DNA of 63,329 nt, the filler included, from Octopus bimaculoides (taxonomy: Eukaryota), in the NCBI RefSeq assembly GCF_001194135.2. It is 5 parts of 4 records of this genome, joined end to end, with 100 filler letters (N's around TTAATTAATTAA, not from the genome) between each part and the next. Parts side by side here need not be neighbours in the genome. Positions count along the whole stretch, not along the records: positions 13,235 to 36,491 come from NC_068989.1; 4 more parts are not named here. One strand, given 5' to 3'. The translations under genes were made by a program, and so were the position numbers. The stretch's first letter is position 1. Each line of letters begins with the position of its first letter. The notes under the pieces were generated by a model. It searched no databases. It was not told where the DNA came from and saw only the letters and a list, made by a program, of their open reading frames with translations. Below are positions 14,538 through 26,139 of this stretch, one piece after another.

Positions 14538-14850
14538 TGGAGGTGCAATGGCCCAGTGGTCGTAGGATCGCGGTATCGATTCCCAGATCGGCTGTTGTGA
14601 GTGTTTATTGAGCAAAAACACCTAAAGCTCCACGAGGCTCCGGCAGGGGATGGTGGCGAACCCAGCTGTACTCTTTCACCACAACTTTCTCTCACTCTAT
14701 CTTCCTGTTTCTGTTGTATCTCCCCGAGAACTACGTTAAGGTGCACGTGTCTGTGGAGTGCTCAGCCACTTGCACGTTAATTTCACGAGCAAGCTGTTCC
14801 GTTGATCGGATCAACTGGAACCCTCGTCGTCGTGACCGACGGAGTGCCAA
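14538..14850 (+). mobile_element. SINE family A, near full length, with 20-bp deletion in the tRNA head
   Basis: gcaatggcccagtggt|cgtaggatc lacks tagggcagcggactcgcggt, which is present in the 15050 copy; ggt microhomology at the junction. Confidence 0.9.
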
Positions 14851-14904
14851 CACACACACCACACAGAGTGAGAGAAAGTTGGGACGAAAGAGTTCAATAG
14901 GGGT

Positions 14905-15050
14905 AGACACCCACCCACCCCCACCGGAGCCTCGTGAAGCTTTAGGTATTTTCGCTCAATAAACACACACAACGCCCGGTCTGGGAACCGAAACCGCGAT
15001 CCTCCGACCGCGAGTCCGCTGCCCTAACCACTGGGCCATTGCGTCTCCAC
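14905..15050 (-). mobile_element. SINE family A, 5' part with intact A and B boxes
   Basis: Minus: ggagacgcaatggcccagtggttagggcagcggactcgcggtcggaggatcgcggtttcggttcccagaccgggcg, followed by SINE body sequence. Confidence 0.9.
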
Positions 15051-15095
<45 letters not shown>

Positions 15096-15842
15096 AAGTG
15101 TATGAATATACATGTATGTGTGTAAATATATGTGTGTGTATGAATATTCGTGTATATATATATTTGTGACTGTGTCAATATAGTGGGTGTATGAATTACA
15201 TACAAGTATGTTTGTGTATTTATATTACTGCTGTTCCTGTTGTGTTTTATCTTTCATTTGTTTTTGTTTTTTTGTTGTTTTTTTTCTTTAGGCATCGATT
15301 TCCATCCATGGAATATGTTTTGAAAACTCATAAATATTTGCTTGTTTTCATATCATTGGATATCCATACTGTCATACCATTCAATTAACTGCTGGTAAAG
15401 TAGGAACTGTATTTGATATCCCAAGAAGACCAAACCACGTATATTATCATTCCCTCGCCACTACTATTGCTACTACTACTGCTATTACACACGTCATCCT
15501 CATCAGTCATATATATGAAAATAATTAACTGTTGTTGAGAGTAAATTACAAAAGTGTCGAGAAATCATTAAAGACATGCACATGACATGGTAAATAAATT
15601 CATAACTGGAATCAATTAATCAAGCTTAATTAAAACTTTAAGATAGTTTATAATTAATTTCTTACCTCGTTTTTTTTTTTTTTTCGTATTGAATATTCAA
15701 AGGATTTCTTAAAATCTTATTGACAAAAATTTGTGGAACTTACCTGCAAAAGACAAATTAATTGAACATTATAATCAAACTGATGAATGCAATGTGCATT
15801 AAATTTGATAATTAATTAAAAATTTTCAAACATCTTACTTAC

Positions 15843-15859
15843 ATCAACGGTGACAGGAA
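15843..15859 (-). other. Candidate 17-nt microexon of an unidentified minus-strand gene
   Basis: ttattattttaatttctag|TTCCTGTCACCGTTGAT|gtaagt: strong acceptor and consensus donor; splice signals only, no homology recognised. Confidence 0.3.
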
Positions 15860-15944
15860 CTAGAAATTAAAATAATAATTGCACAATTCATTAAAATGTG
15901 TTCCTAACCATTGACAATCTTTTGTATTATAAGATAAAAAGCTC

Positions 15945-16170
15945 TTTCCCGAGTCATATAGGCTCATAGGGTGGGTTTCCAGGATTCTCAGGTGTATGTA
16001 CTCCCCACTGGATGGGATGACGGTCCCTCGCAGGAAAACTTACTTTTGCTGGCTGAGTAAACTGGAGCAACATAAAACGAAGTGTTTCGCTCAAGAGCAA
16101 TGCATTGTCTGTTCCAGGAATCAAAACAACAGTCTTACGAGCATTACTGCTACGCCCTGACCATTAAGCC
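15945..16170 (-). mobile_element. tRNA-derived SINE with CORE-like segment (family D), degenerate
   Basis: tRNA-like head followed by ...cttgagcgaaacacttcgttttatgttgctccagtttactcagc; related copy at about 34090-34235. Confidence 0.6.
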
Positions 16171-16189
16171 CTGCACCTCAAATATAGGC

Positions 16190-17050
16190 ACAAGGTGAGC
16201 TGGCAGAAACGTTAACACGCCGGGCAAAATGCTTAGCGGTATTTCGTCTGTCTTTACGTTTTGAGTTCAAATTCCGCCGAGGTCGACGTTGCCTTTCATC
16301 CTTTCGGGGTCGATAAATTGAATATCAGTTGCGTACTGAGGTCGATCTAATCGACTGGCACCGCCTCCTCCAAAATTTCGGGCCTTGTGCCAAGAGTAGA
16401 AAAGAATATAGGCACAGGCCTGAAATTTGACGGGAGCTGGCTAGTTGATTACATCAAGGCCAGTTCTCACCTGGTGCTTATTTAATCAACTTGGAAGGAT
16501 AAAAGGTAAAGTTGACCTTGGTGGAATTCAAACTCAAGAGGTAAAGCAACAGAAAAAAATACCACTAAGCATTTTCTCCAGCATGCCAACATTTCTGTCA
16601 GATCATTGCCTTTCAAGCCACTAATAATGGTTTCGAATTTTGGCACAAGGCCAGAAATTTCAGCACGGATGGATAAATCAATTACAACAAGTCCAGTGTT
16701 CAACTGGTACTTATTTTATCAACCCCAAAATGATGAAAGACAAAGTCAAACTCGGGAGAGTTTCTGCTTCACAACGTAAAGACGGTTGAAATGCCATTAA
16801 GTGTTTTGCCCAGCATGCTAACATTTCTTTATTGCCCACAAGGGGCTAAATATAGAGGGGACACACAAGGACAGACAAAGGGATTAAGTCGATTACATCG
16901 ACTCCAGTGCGTAACTGGTACTTAATTTATCAACCCCCGAAAGGACGAAAGTCGACCTCGGCGGAATTTGAACTCAGAACGTAAAGACAGACGAATTACC
17001 GCTAAGCATTTCGCCCGGCATGCTAACGTTTCTGCCAGCTCGCCATCTTG
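16190..17050. mobile_element. Cluster of family B SINEs in mixed orientation
   Basis: Plus copy at 16190-16415; minus copies at about 16415-16625, 16630-16825 and 16823-17050. Confidence 0.85.
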
Positions 17051-17289
17051 AGTCTACAATAATATTATTATGCCACATAAATTCAATCAGATACATGTCT
17101 GAAAAACCTAAGCAATTAATCTCTCCTGTCTACATTTCACCATGTTAAAAGGCAGCCAGTGTAAGAAAAAATTACATAGAGAGTAATAACGAAGATACAT
17201 TAATTAGTATAAAAATTATCGACCCCAGAAGAATGAAAAGCAAAGCTGATACTAGCAACATAGACACACCGTGTGCAATCCATCATTTT

Positions 17290-17500
17290 CAAGGATCTAA
17301 ACAGTATCCGCCTTGGATTAATGTTGCCTTCCTTGCTTCCAACACATTGTTTCTCATGGGAGCAGACATGACTGACAAGGCCAGTACGAGATAGAAAGAT
17401 CCTATGGAAGTGAAGGCACTGAAAGTGACCCTAAGCAATAGTTGAAAGTGACCCTAAACAATAGTTACAGGGTCGATGACGACGTCTCCCTCTCTTCATG
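17290..17500. repeat. Unclassified interspersed repeat (second copy at 18860-19035)
   Basis: Both loci share ctcca.cacattgtttctcatgggag.agac.tg.ct.acaag...gatcct.tggaa...tgaaagt.accc...gg.tgatgac. Confidence 0.6.
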
Positions 17501-17753
17501 CAGTCTCCAGTGCAGTCTTTATTAATCTTTTATTTTTTGCTTGTCATTAGACCACGGCCATGCCGGGGCACTGCCTTGTAGGGTTTAATCGGACAAACTG
17601 ACCCCGGTGTAGTTTGTTTTTAAGATTGGTACCTATTCAATCAGTCTCTTTTGTCGAACTACTGAGTTACAGGGATCTAAACAAACCAGCACTGGTTTTT
17701 CAAGCAATGATGGGGAATCAGCACAAACACACAGAGGTATACATATGTGTGTG

Positions 17754-17784
<31 letters not shown>

Positions 17785-17991
17785 NNNNNNNNNNNNNNNN
17801 NNNNNNNNNNNNNNNNNNNNNNNNNNNNNNNNNNNNNNNNNNNNNNNNNNNNNNNNNNNNNNNNNNNNNNNNNNNNNNNNNNNNNNNNNNNNNNNNNNNN
17901 NNNNNNNNNNNNNNNNNNNNNNNNNNNNNNNNNNNNNNNNNNNNNNNNNNTATATATATATATATATGTATATATACACACCCAATGGACT

Positions 17992-18130
17992 TCTTTCAGT
18001 TTCCCCTCTACTGAATCCATTCAAACAAATTTGGTTGGCTCTGAGCTAAGACACTTGCCCAAAGTGCTGCACAGTGGGATCAAACTCAAGACCAGGTGGT
18101 TGCTAAGCAAGCTTCTAACCCACATGGCCG
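17992..18130 (-). mobile_element. CORE-type SINE (family C), degenerate
   Basis: Matches the family C body ...cactttgggcaagtgtct...gtagaggggaaactgaa. Confidence 0.7.
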
Positions 18131-18699
18131 CATTATTATTATCATTCTCGGTCTGCTTGTTGATGATGTTCTATGCATAAAATATGCTAACACTCACTTA
18201 CCTAAAAAATCAATACGCCATGTTTGTATAGATTATCAGTGAGTCAGTCAGAGCTGCCGAGAAGTCAATAGAGGCATGCGCACACTAATTGAACTGTCTA
18301 ACAATTCATACATGTCTTAACACAGTCACAAAGCAGTGTCAAACTTTAATTAGAATGTCGTTGTTGTCGCTGTTACTGTCGCTGTTGTTGTTAAACCCCA
18401 AAATGTCAGACCTGTTTATGCTGACCTAATCTACTTGTCACCATCCTGTCACTCGGTAAAACGCAGACTAACTACATTCTATTCTGTGATTAATCTTAAT
18501 CTTAAGTCTTCCATTATAATTATCATTCCCATTATCGTAATATGACTGGCCGTCACACTTTCAGTCTCTGTTATGAGACGTTTACCGCTCTGCTTGTTCC
18601 ATACTGAGTTGTTTAAGGTCAGACGTTTTGATGTTTCTCCAACTCTCTCATCTCCTTCCTTTATTTCACTCTCTCTTTCTTCCTCTCTCTCTCTCCTTG

Positions 18700-18735
<36 letters not shown>

Positions 18736-19034
18736 ACTGTGAGTATATTTCTCTTTATGTGTATACGACTGTGGGTAGGTGTTTATGTCACTGGTTCTCA
18801 AGCGGGGGAGCAGGGTTCCATATGACCCTTTTACTGCTTATGACAGCCCATCAAAGGTGATGACAGCATCAATCCAGGATATTCATCCTCCTTTGCCTCC
18901 AGCACATTGTTTCTCATGGGAGTAGACGTGGCTAACAAGACTGATATGAGACAAGCAGATCCTGTGGAACTTGAGTGGGGGGGGGGGGGGGGGGGGCATT
19001 GAAAGTCACCCCTGAACAACAGGAGCAAAGGGGT

Positions 19035-19400
19035 TGATGACAATCTCTCCTCCTCTTTTCACACAGTTTCCTACATTTAGTTTCAAAGAACACCACTTCA
19101 GCATAACACACAGACCTCCATATTTTCCAATTAACAGTCGGGGACTCCAACCAATTAGGAGGAACACCACATAAAATAACAGACCGCTTCAGGTGATCCT
19201 GTAAACGAAGTTTCAGACACCTATAAGATCCTTTTAGGATTCACGCAAGTAAAACAGTATATTGGAGATCCAGACTGAAAAAAATGATGAACAACCTTCA
19301 TTGGTTTCTCATAAAAGGCGTCTACATCATTCTGACAGTCTCCAGAAAAGCAAGCAGCCAAACTGCTTATATACTCAACAAATGCAGCAGTTACTCTATG
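19035..19400 (-). mobile_element. RTE (BovB-like) LINE 3' fragment, degenerate
   Basis: Frames give ...DHLKRSV and WESPTVNWKIWRSVCYAEVVFFETKCRKLCEKRR, matching the RTE C-terminal WE..A.DR..WR......FE......EKR pattern. Confidence 0.55.
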
Positions 19401-19749
19401 AAGGAGTCCCTAATTTGCATACCGAAAGTGTTTAGTCCTTCCTAGAATTAAGATTGAATGAAAGTACTGATAACTAAGGTATGCTTGTTCTCAAACAACG
19501 CTTATTTTAGTGCTGTTAACACCACCGAATTGAATGGTACTGCCCAGGTGTCAAAACCATAGTGATATCTGTGGGGCAACTGATGTTAGAAATGTGTTGG
19601 ATTGTTGGTATGACTGTTATTGTATGTGCAGAATAGTTTTATAAGACATCCATTTGATATATACATATATATACACATGCGCGCGCACACACACATCTTT
19701 TTATATATATGTATATTTACATTTACATTTATATAAATGTATGTGTGAT

Positions 19750-19806
<57 letters not shown>

Positions 19807-20125
19807 CACTACCCACCACCCTGCCCCAAATGAAACTGATGCTAAAACATCACAGAATGTCATACATGAATGCAAGACAATATTTGACGAAGTTTAAATT
19901 ACAACAGCGTTAATGTAACACCTTGTCTATAACAAGTTATTATTAGAAGTATTAATATTTATATAAATCATTGAAGTCATAGAAAATCAATAATTATACA
20001 CTATGTACCCCACACAAAATGAAACCGATGCCACAACTTCAAAGAAACTTCTACATAAATAGAAGGCATGATATGTGGAGAAGTTTTAGGTATGACATCA
20101 TTAATATAACACTTAGATCATTATG

Positions 20126-20191
<66 letters not shown>

Positions 20192-20204
20192 TATTATTCT
20201 TAAG

Positions 20205-20645
20205 GTGGTGAGTTGGCAGAATCATTGGCATACCAGACAAACATGCTTAGTGGCATTTTATTTGTTTTGAGTTCAAATTCTTATTTCTTTATTGCCCACA
20301 AGGGGCTAAACATAGAGGGGACAAACAAGGACAGACAAAGGGATTAAGCCGATTACATCAACTCCAGTGTTTCACTCGACCCCGAAAGGATGAAAGGCAA
20401 AGTCAACCAAAGTCGGAATTTGAACTCAGAACATAGCAACAGGTGAAATACTGTTCAGTATTTCGCCCGGTGTGCTAACGTTTCTGCCAGCTCGCCGCCT
20501 TGAATTCAAATTCTGCCGAGGTCAACTTTGCTTTTAATCCTTTTGGGGTCGAAAAAATAAGTACCAGTTGATGTAAATGACTAGCCCCCTACCCCAAAAT
20601 TGCTGATCTTGTGCTATAATTTGAAACCAGTATTGTTGTTGTTGT
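20205..20645. mobile_element. Family B SINE (+) interrupted by an antisense family B SINE (20281-20499)
   Basis: TSD ttgagttcaaattc (20267-20280) / ttgaattcaaattc (20500-20513). Confidence 0.85.
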
Positions 20646-22147
20646 GGTTGTGGTTGTTGAGAGAGAGTGTGGCACATACCATCTTCGTGGCACTGGGACA
20701 TAAATATACAAAGCCAAATATAGCCATCGTGACTACCTGTCTGAGGAGGGTACACCAGGCACATGCATCACAACCATGTATGCTCAACATGGTGATCTCT
20801 TATTAAGATAAACAGCACATGACCCTGCACATGGGGCCCAGGTACAATCCCATTTTTCCAAGGATGAATTATTGAAACCCTAAATAATCCCTCCCAACAC
20901 ATGGCTATGAAACTTCCCCACTACTCCTGCATGTGTTCAAAGATGCACATACCATTAGCCCCTAATGGTCATGCTCAACTGTTTCAGTATTGAGCAGAAT
21001 ATTTGCTGCTGGTGGTGGCAATGGCAGAGGTGGTGGTGGTGGTGGTGGTGGTGGTGGTGGTGGCAGTGATAGAAGTGGCAGAAGTAGTGGCGTGGCGGCA
21101 GCAGTAGAAGTAGTGGTGATGTCTTTGATAGTAGAGGTTTTAGTGTTAGTGATATTGGTAGAGGAGAGGGGATAGTGGGATGAAGTGCTGGTGGTGCTGG
21201 TCCTGGTTTTAGCAAAGGTTTTAGTAGTGATGGTTTTGGCGGTAGTGGTGGGTATGTTTTGTTTTGTTGTTTTTGTTTTTTGTTTTGTTTTTTTTTGTTT
21301 TTTTTTTGTAGTGGTTAGCTTTAATAGAAAGGTGTGTTCATAGTAGCGATTTTGGTAGAGATGGTTTTGGTAGTTTGGTAGTGGTAATTATGGTACTTTG
21401 GTGATGTTGGTAGTGATTGTGGAGGTGATTTTCCTGGCTATGATAAACACAGTAAAATGAAGCAAATACAACAGCAGTTATAATGATATTTAGCCAAAAA
21501 ATACAACTAACTTGTAAATGCAAATATCACAAATATAAAATATTGATGAAATGAAAACACTTAATTTATTATACATACAAATGCTACAACTAATAAATCT
21601 CATATAAAACTAGCATTGACACAATATGTTTCAATAGCAAATAAATAAATAACGAAAGGCTTGTTGTTAATAGTAACAATATTTTGTCAGTTTATTTCTT
21701 CTGTAGTCATATATTCATTTTTTTTTTTTTGGGGGGGGGGGAAGCAAGATTAAATTCCAGAAACAAATATGTATAGGGACATAAAACTCATTTTTCCAAT
21801 GGAACTATGGGTAGGATAGGAACTAGGGTTGTTGTTGTTGTTGCTGCTGAGGAAGGAAGAAAAGGGGAAGGAAATGGAGGAAGAAAAAAAGAGGAAAATA
21901 AAGGAAAAAAAGAAAAGAGGAAGGAAATAAAGGAAGAAAGAAAGAAAGAAAGAAGTAAAAGGCAAGAAGGAAAAGTAAAGATGGGAGGAATAGAAAGAAC
22001 AAAACAAACAAAAAAATCAATCAACCTACCCACTCACATGTCTATGAACTAGATTGTGTGAGTGCACACACGTGTGCACGTGTGTGCATGTGTGCCAGCA
22101 TGTGCAGGACAGTGAAACCATTATTCTATTATTATTTGTCCATGCAA

Positions 22148-22580
22148 AGGCGGCAAGCTGGTAGAAACGTTAGCAAGGACAGACTTAATCCGTTTGTCTG
22201 TCCTTGTTTGTCCCCTCTGTGTGTAGCCCCTTGTGGGCAGTAAAGAAATAAGAAACGTTAGCATGCCAGACAAAATGCTGAGCGGATGTTTCAACTGTCT
22301 TTACATTCTGCGTTCAAATTCCACCAAGGTCGACTTTGCCTTTCATTCATTCAGGGTTGATAAATTAAGTACCAGTTGCATACTGGGGTCAATCTAATTG
22401 ACTGGGCCCTTCCCAAAAAAATTTGGGCGTTGTGCCTACAGTAGAAAGCAATATTTTATCAACACATGCAGCGAGCTGGCAGAAACATTAGCACACTGAA
22501 CGAAATGCTTCACGGTATTTCGTCTGCCACTACGTTCTGAGTTCAAATTCTGCCAAGGTCGACTTTGCTTTCAATAAGTT
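22148..22580 (+). mobile_element. Family B SINE composite plus a further partial copy
   Basis: A 75-bp tail fragment (22176-22250) is flanked by agaaacgttagca direct repeats (22163-22175, 22251-22263). Confidence 0.85.
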
Positions 22581-22689
22581 TTCTTCACTATAACCTACAT
22601 AGGAGTCTATATCTACTCTAGCTAATTCCATGCAGTCTTCCATTAATATTAACCCACTTCTGTTTTCCTTTCTAAGTAAGTATAATCTT

Positions 22690-23100
22690 GCTACACCTCA
22701 CCCTAGGTGGAGTCCTCCATATTGAATTTCTTCCTAGTTCTTCTGTCAAGCTTTGCTAATTCAGTTTTTGTCCAATCTACAAAAGCTGTTGAGTATCTAA
22801 GTAATGAAACTGACCAAGTATTTACAGCCTTCACTAGATTTGAACCATTTAGCTTTGACTTTATTAGCTTCCACACCCTTCTGATGTACTCCTCAATTTT
22901 CGCTTTCATTTCTATAGTTAGTACTCTGTCAGGTTCTAATACTCCTAGATACTTATAACTCTCTCCTTCTTTTAATGATTTTAATGTCTGACCAGTTGGT
23001 AATTGGATGCCTTTGCCAACCCCTTCTCATAACTAATACTTCACACTTATCTATGCCACATTCTATGCTTATATTTTTGTTGATATTAAGGAATCTATTT
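22690..23100 (-). mobile_element. R4/Dong-clade (RLE) LINE fragment, RT C-terminal region, degenerate
   Basis: ...ESYKYLGVLE...MKAKIEEYIRRVWKLIKSKLNGSNLVKAVNTWSVSLLRYS...WTKTELAKLDRRTRK. Confidence 0.8.
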
Positions 23101-23129
23101 TTTTTTCATTGTTACTAAAAAGCTTCAAT

Positions 23130-24217
23130 CATTATTATTATTATTATTATTATTTTATGTTTGACTTTTGTTTTGCATTTGTACAAGTTGGATCCAAGTC
23201 TCACCCAGAGACCTCAAGAGACAACAAGTTAGAAGTTCATGTAGGTGTTATGCCTAGAGTACCATATATTTGGATTTGTACAGTTTTGTTCAAGTGAATG
23301 TTTAAGAAACCATAAGAAAATTATGTGTTTGCTTTAAAATTTGAGATCACATAGACAGTATTTTACGTAGGATATGGGCAGTTCCCATGAGCACTATCTT
23401 TTGAACTTNNNNNNNNNNNNNNNNNNNNNNNNNNNNNNNNNNNNNNNNNNNNNNNNNNNNNNNNNNNNNNNNNNNNNNNNNNNNNNNNNNNNNNNNNNNN
23501 NNNNNNNNNNNNNNNNNNNNNNNNNNNNNNNNNNNNNNNNNNNNNNNNNNNNNNNNNNNNNNNNNNNNNNNNNNNNNNNNNNNNNNNNNNNNNNNNNNNN
23601 NNNNNNNNNNNNNNNNNNNNNNNNNNNNNNNNNNNNNNNNNNNNNNNNNNNNNNNNNNNNNNNNNNNNNNNNNNNNNNNNNNNNNNNNNNNNNNNNNNNN
23701 NNNNNNNNNNNNNNNNNNNNNNNNNNNNNNNNNNNNNNNNNNNNNNNNNNNNNNNNNNNNNNNNNNNNNNNNNNNNNNNNNNNNNNNNNNNNNNNNNNNN
23801 NNNNNNNNNNNNNNNNNNNNNNNNNNNNNNNNNNNNNNNNNNNNNNNNNNNNNNNNNNNNNNNNNNNNNNNNNNNNNNNNNNNNNNNNNNNNNNNNNNNN
23901 NNNNNNNNNNNNNNNNNNNNNNNNNNNNNNNNNNNNNNNNNNNNNNNNNNNNNNNNNNNNNNNNNNNNNNNNNNNNNNNNNNNNNNNNNNNNNNNNNNNN
24001 NNNNNNNNNNNNNNNNNNNNNNNNNNNNNNNNNNNNNNNNNNNNNNNNNNTGGCCTGGTAGTTCTTTGTAGGTAGGCATTGATCTTGGGCTGCTATGATA
24101 AACCCCTCTGTTTCTGATTTCAAGCCAGAGGCCATTAACCATTGGTGGGTAAGGGCTTTGTCAATATCTGCATTATTCGCTCTCTTTGGGTATTTGCCAT
24201 TGAGAGGTTTTCCATGC

Positions 24218-24272
<55 letters not shown>
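23130..24272 (-). mobile_element. R4/Dong-clade LINE 3' end (RLE region lies in the gap), flanked by (TAA)n on both sides
   Basis: WHGKPLNGKY...THQWLMASGLKSETEGFIIAAQDQCLPTKNY ... VQKIVLMGTAHILRKILSM*, then a 3' UTR and TAA tail. Confidence 0.9.
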
Positions 24273-24884
24273 TTGTATCGTTCAGTACAGTTCTGTATTA
24301 TTAATGTCAAAGATCAGGTAAGAAAAGTACGTCAGCTTAAAAAAGATTTATGCGGAATTTTCAGGAACTATTCTCTTAATAAAAGACATAAAATATTTTA
24401 TATATCACAGAATATTGTTCTCAAGACAAGATAAAGTAGAAACTTAAGTAACTTCTTCTATGTTATCACCACCGAGAAGAGAATGGACTTTATGCATGTC
24501 ACTGGGGAAACCATAAAAAACAAAAATGAGCATGTATAACATCATCCACATATACATGCAAACACACACAGGTATATAGGTGTGTATATGAGTATGTACA
24601 TGTATATGTGAATGCATATGTATGTATACATGTATAAATTTGGAAATGTGCATGAGTGTATATCTCTACTTGTACTGTATTATAACTCTCTCTTTCTTTC
24701 AATAGATAGAGAAATACATAGATATATACATACATACAATGTACAGAGACATATAGACACATATACATACAAACGTTTGCATGGATATGTGTGTGATAGC
24801 ATAGTTTTGTGTATATTGTTGCTGTTATGTGTATGTATGCGTGAGGCAAACCAACAGCCGCCAAGCCAACAGCAAGGCAAACAG

Positions 24885-24938
<54 letters not shown>

Positions 24939-26139
24939 GCATGTTAAAACCATAATGATATCCGTGAGGCAGCTGATGATGGAGGTATGTTGGATTGTTG
25001 GTATGGCTGTTTTTGTATATGTGGAATAGTGTTATAACACATCCTTTTGATATATGAATATATATGTGTGTGTGTGTGTGTGNNNNNNNNNNNNNNNNNN
25101 NNNNNNNNNNNNNNNNNNNNNNNNNNNNNNNNNNNNNNNNNNNNNNNNNNNNNNNNNNNNNNNNNNNNNNNNNNNNNNNNNNNNNNNNNNNNNNNNNNNN
25201 NNNNNNNNNNNNNNNNNNNNNNNNNNNNNNNNNNNNNNNNNNNNNNNNNNNNNNNNNNNNNNNNNNNNNNNNNNNNNNNNNNNNNNNNNNNNNNNNNNNN
25301 NNNNNNNNNNNNNNNNNNNNNNNNNNNNNNNNNNNNNNNNNNNNNNNNNNNNNNNNNNNNNNNNNNNNNNNNNNNNNNNNNNNNNNNNNNNNNNNNNNNN
25401 NNNNNNNNNNNNNNNNNNNNNNNNNNNNNNNNNNNNNNNNNNNNNNNNNNNNNNNNNNNNNNNNNNNNNNNNNNNNNNNNNNNNNNNNNNNNNNNNNNNN
25501 NNNNNNNNNNNNNNNNNNNNNNNNNNNNNNNNNNNNNNNNNNNNNNNNNNNNNNNNNNNNNNNNNNNNNNNNNNNNNNNNNNNNNNNNNNATATATATAT
25601 ATATATATATATATTTAGTGGGAGAGGTGGGGTAGAGTGAGAGACAAGAAGAGAGATGGACGGACAAAGAAATAGAGAGATAATAAAAAGTTGCCTTTGG
25701 TAGTATTTGAACTCAAAACCTAAAGCATTGAAGCAAACACTTCAAAGCATTCTATTCAATGTTCTAATAGATTTACCAATTAACATACCTTGACTTTCTG
25801 ATATACAAGGTCAAGACCTTACTTGTTTTTATTACAGACATTGTTAATATATGCCTTCATCAAAGATATATATCATAACTTCGCTTTCCTCCAAACAACC
25901 AACAGATTCTGCTATTACTGTGATATGAAAGCTCTCAGATGAATTTATCCAACAAACATGCTAATATCCAGATTTGCAAAACAAACCCATTTCACGATAA
26001 CTGTGAAGGCCAAATCAATACATTAACATTTATTCATGTGGAAATATTTTGTCTTTTCGTTCAGTTTTTTTTCACAATCAGACAGTCATGTTTAGTGCTG
26101 TAGTTCAATGAATCTGAAATAATATTAACAACAGTGACA

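Noticed and set aside
14975-15050. tRNA-Arg-like sequence
   Set aside because: It continues directly into the SINE body and lacks a proper acceptor stem, so it is a SINE head rather than a tRNA gene.
20985-21480. Gly-rich ORFs and G-quadruplex potential
   Set aside because: This is a decayed (GGT)n/(GTA)n microsatellite, a common class in this window.
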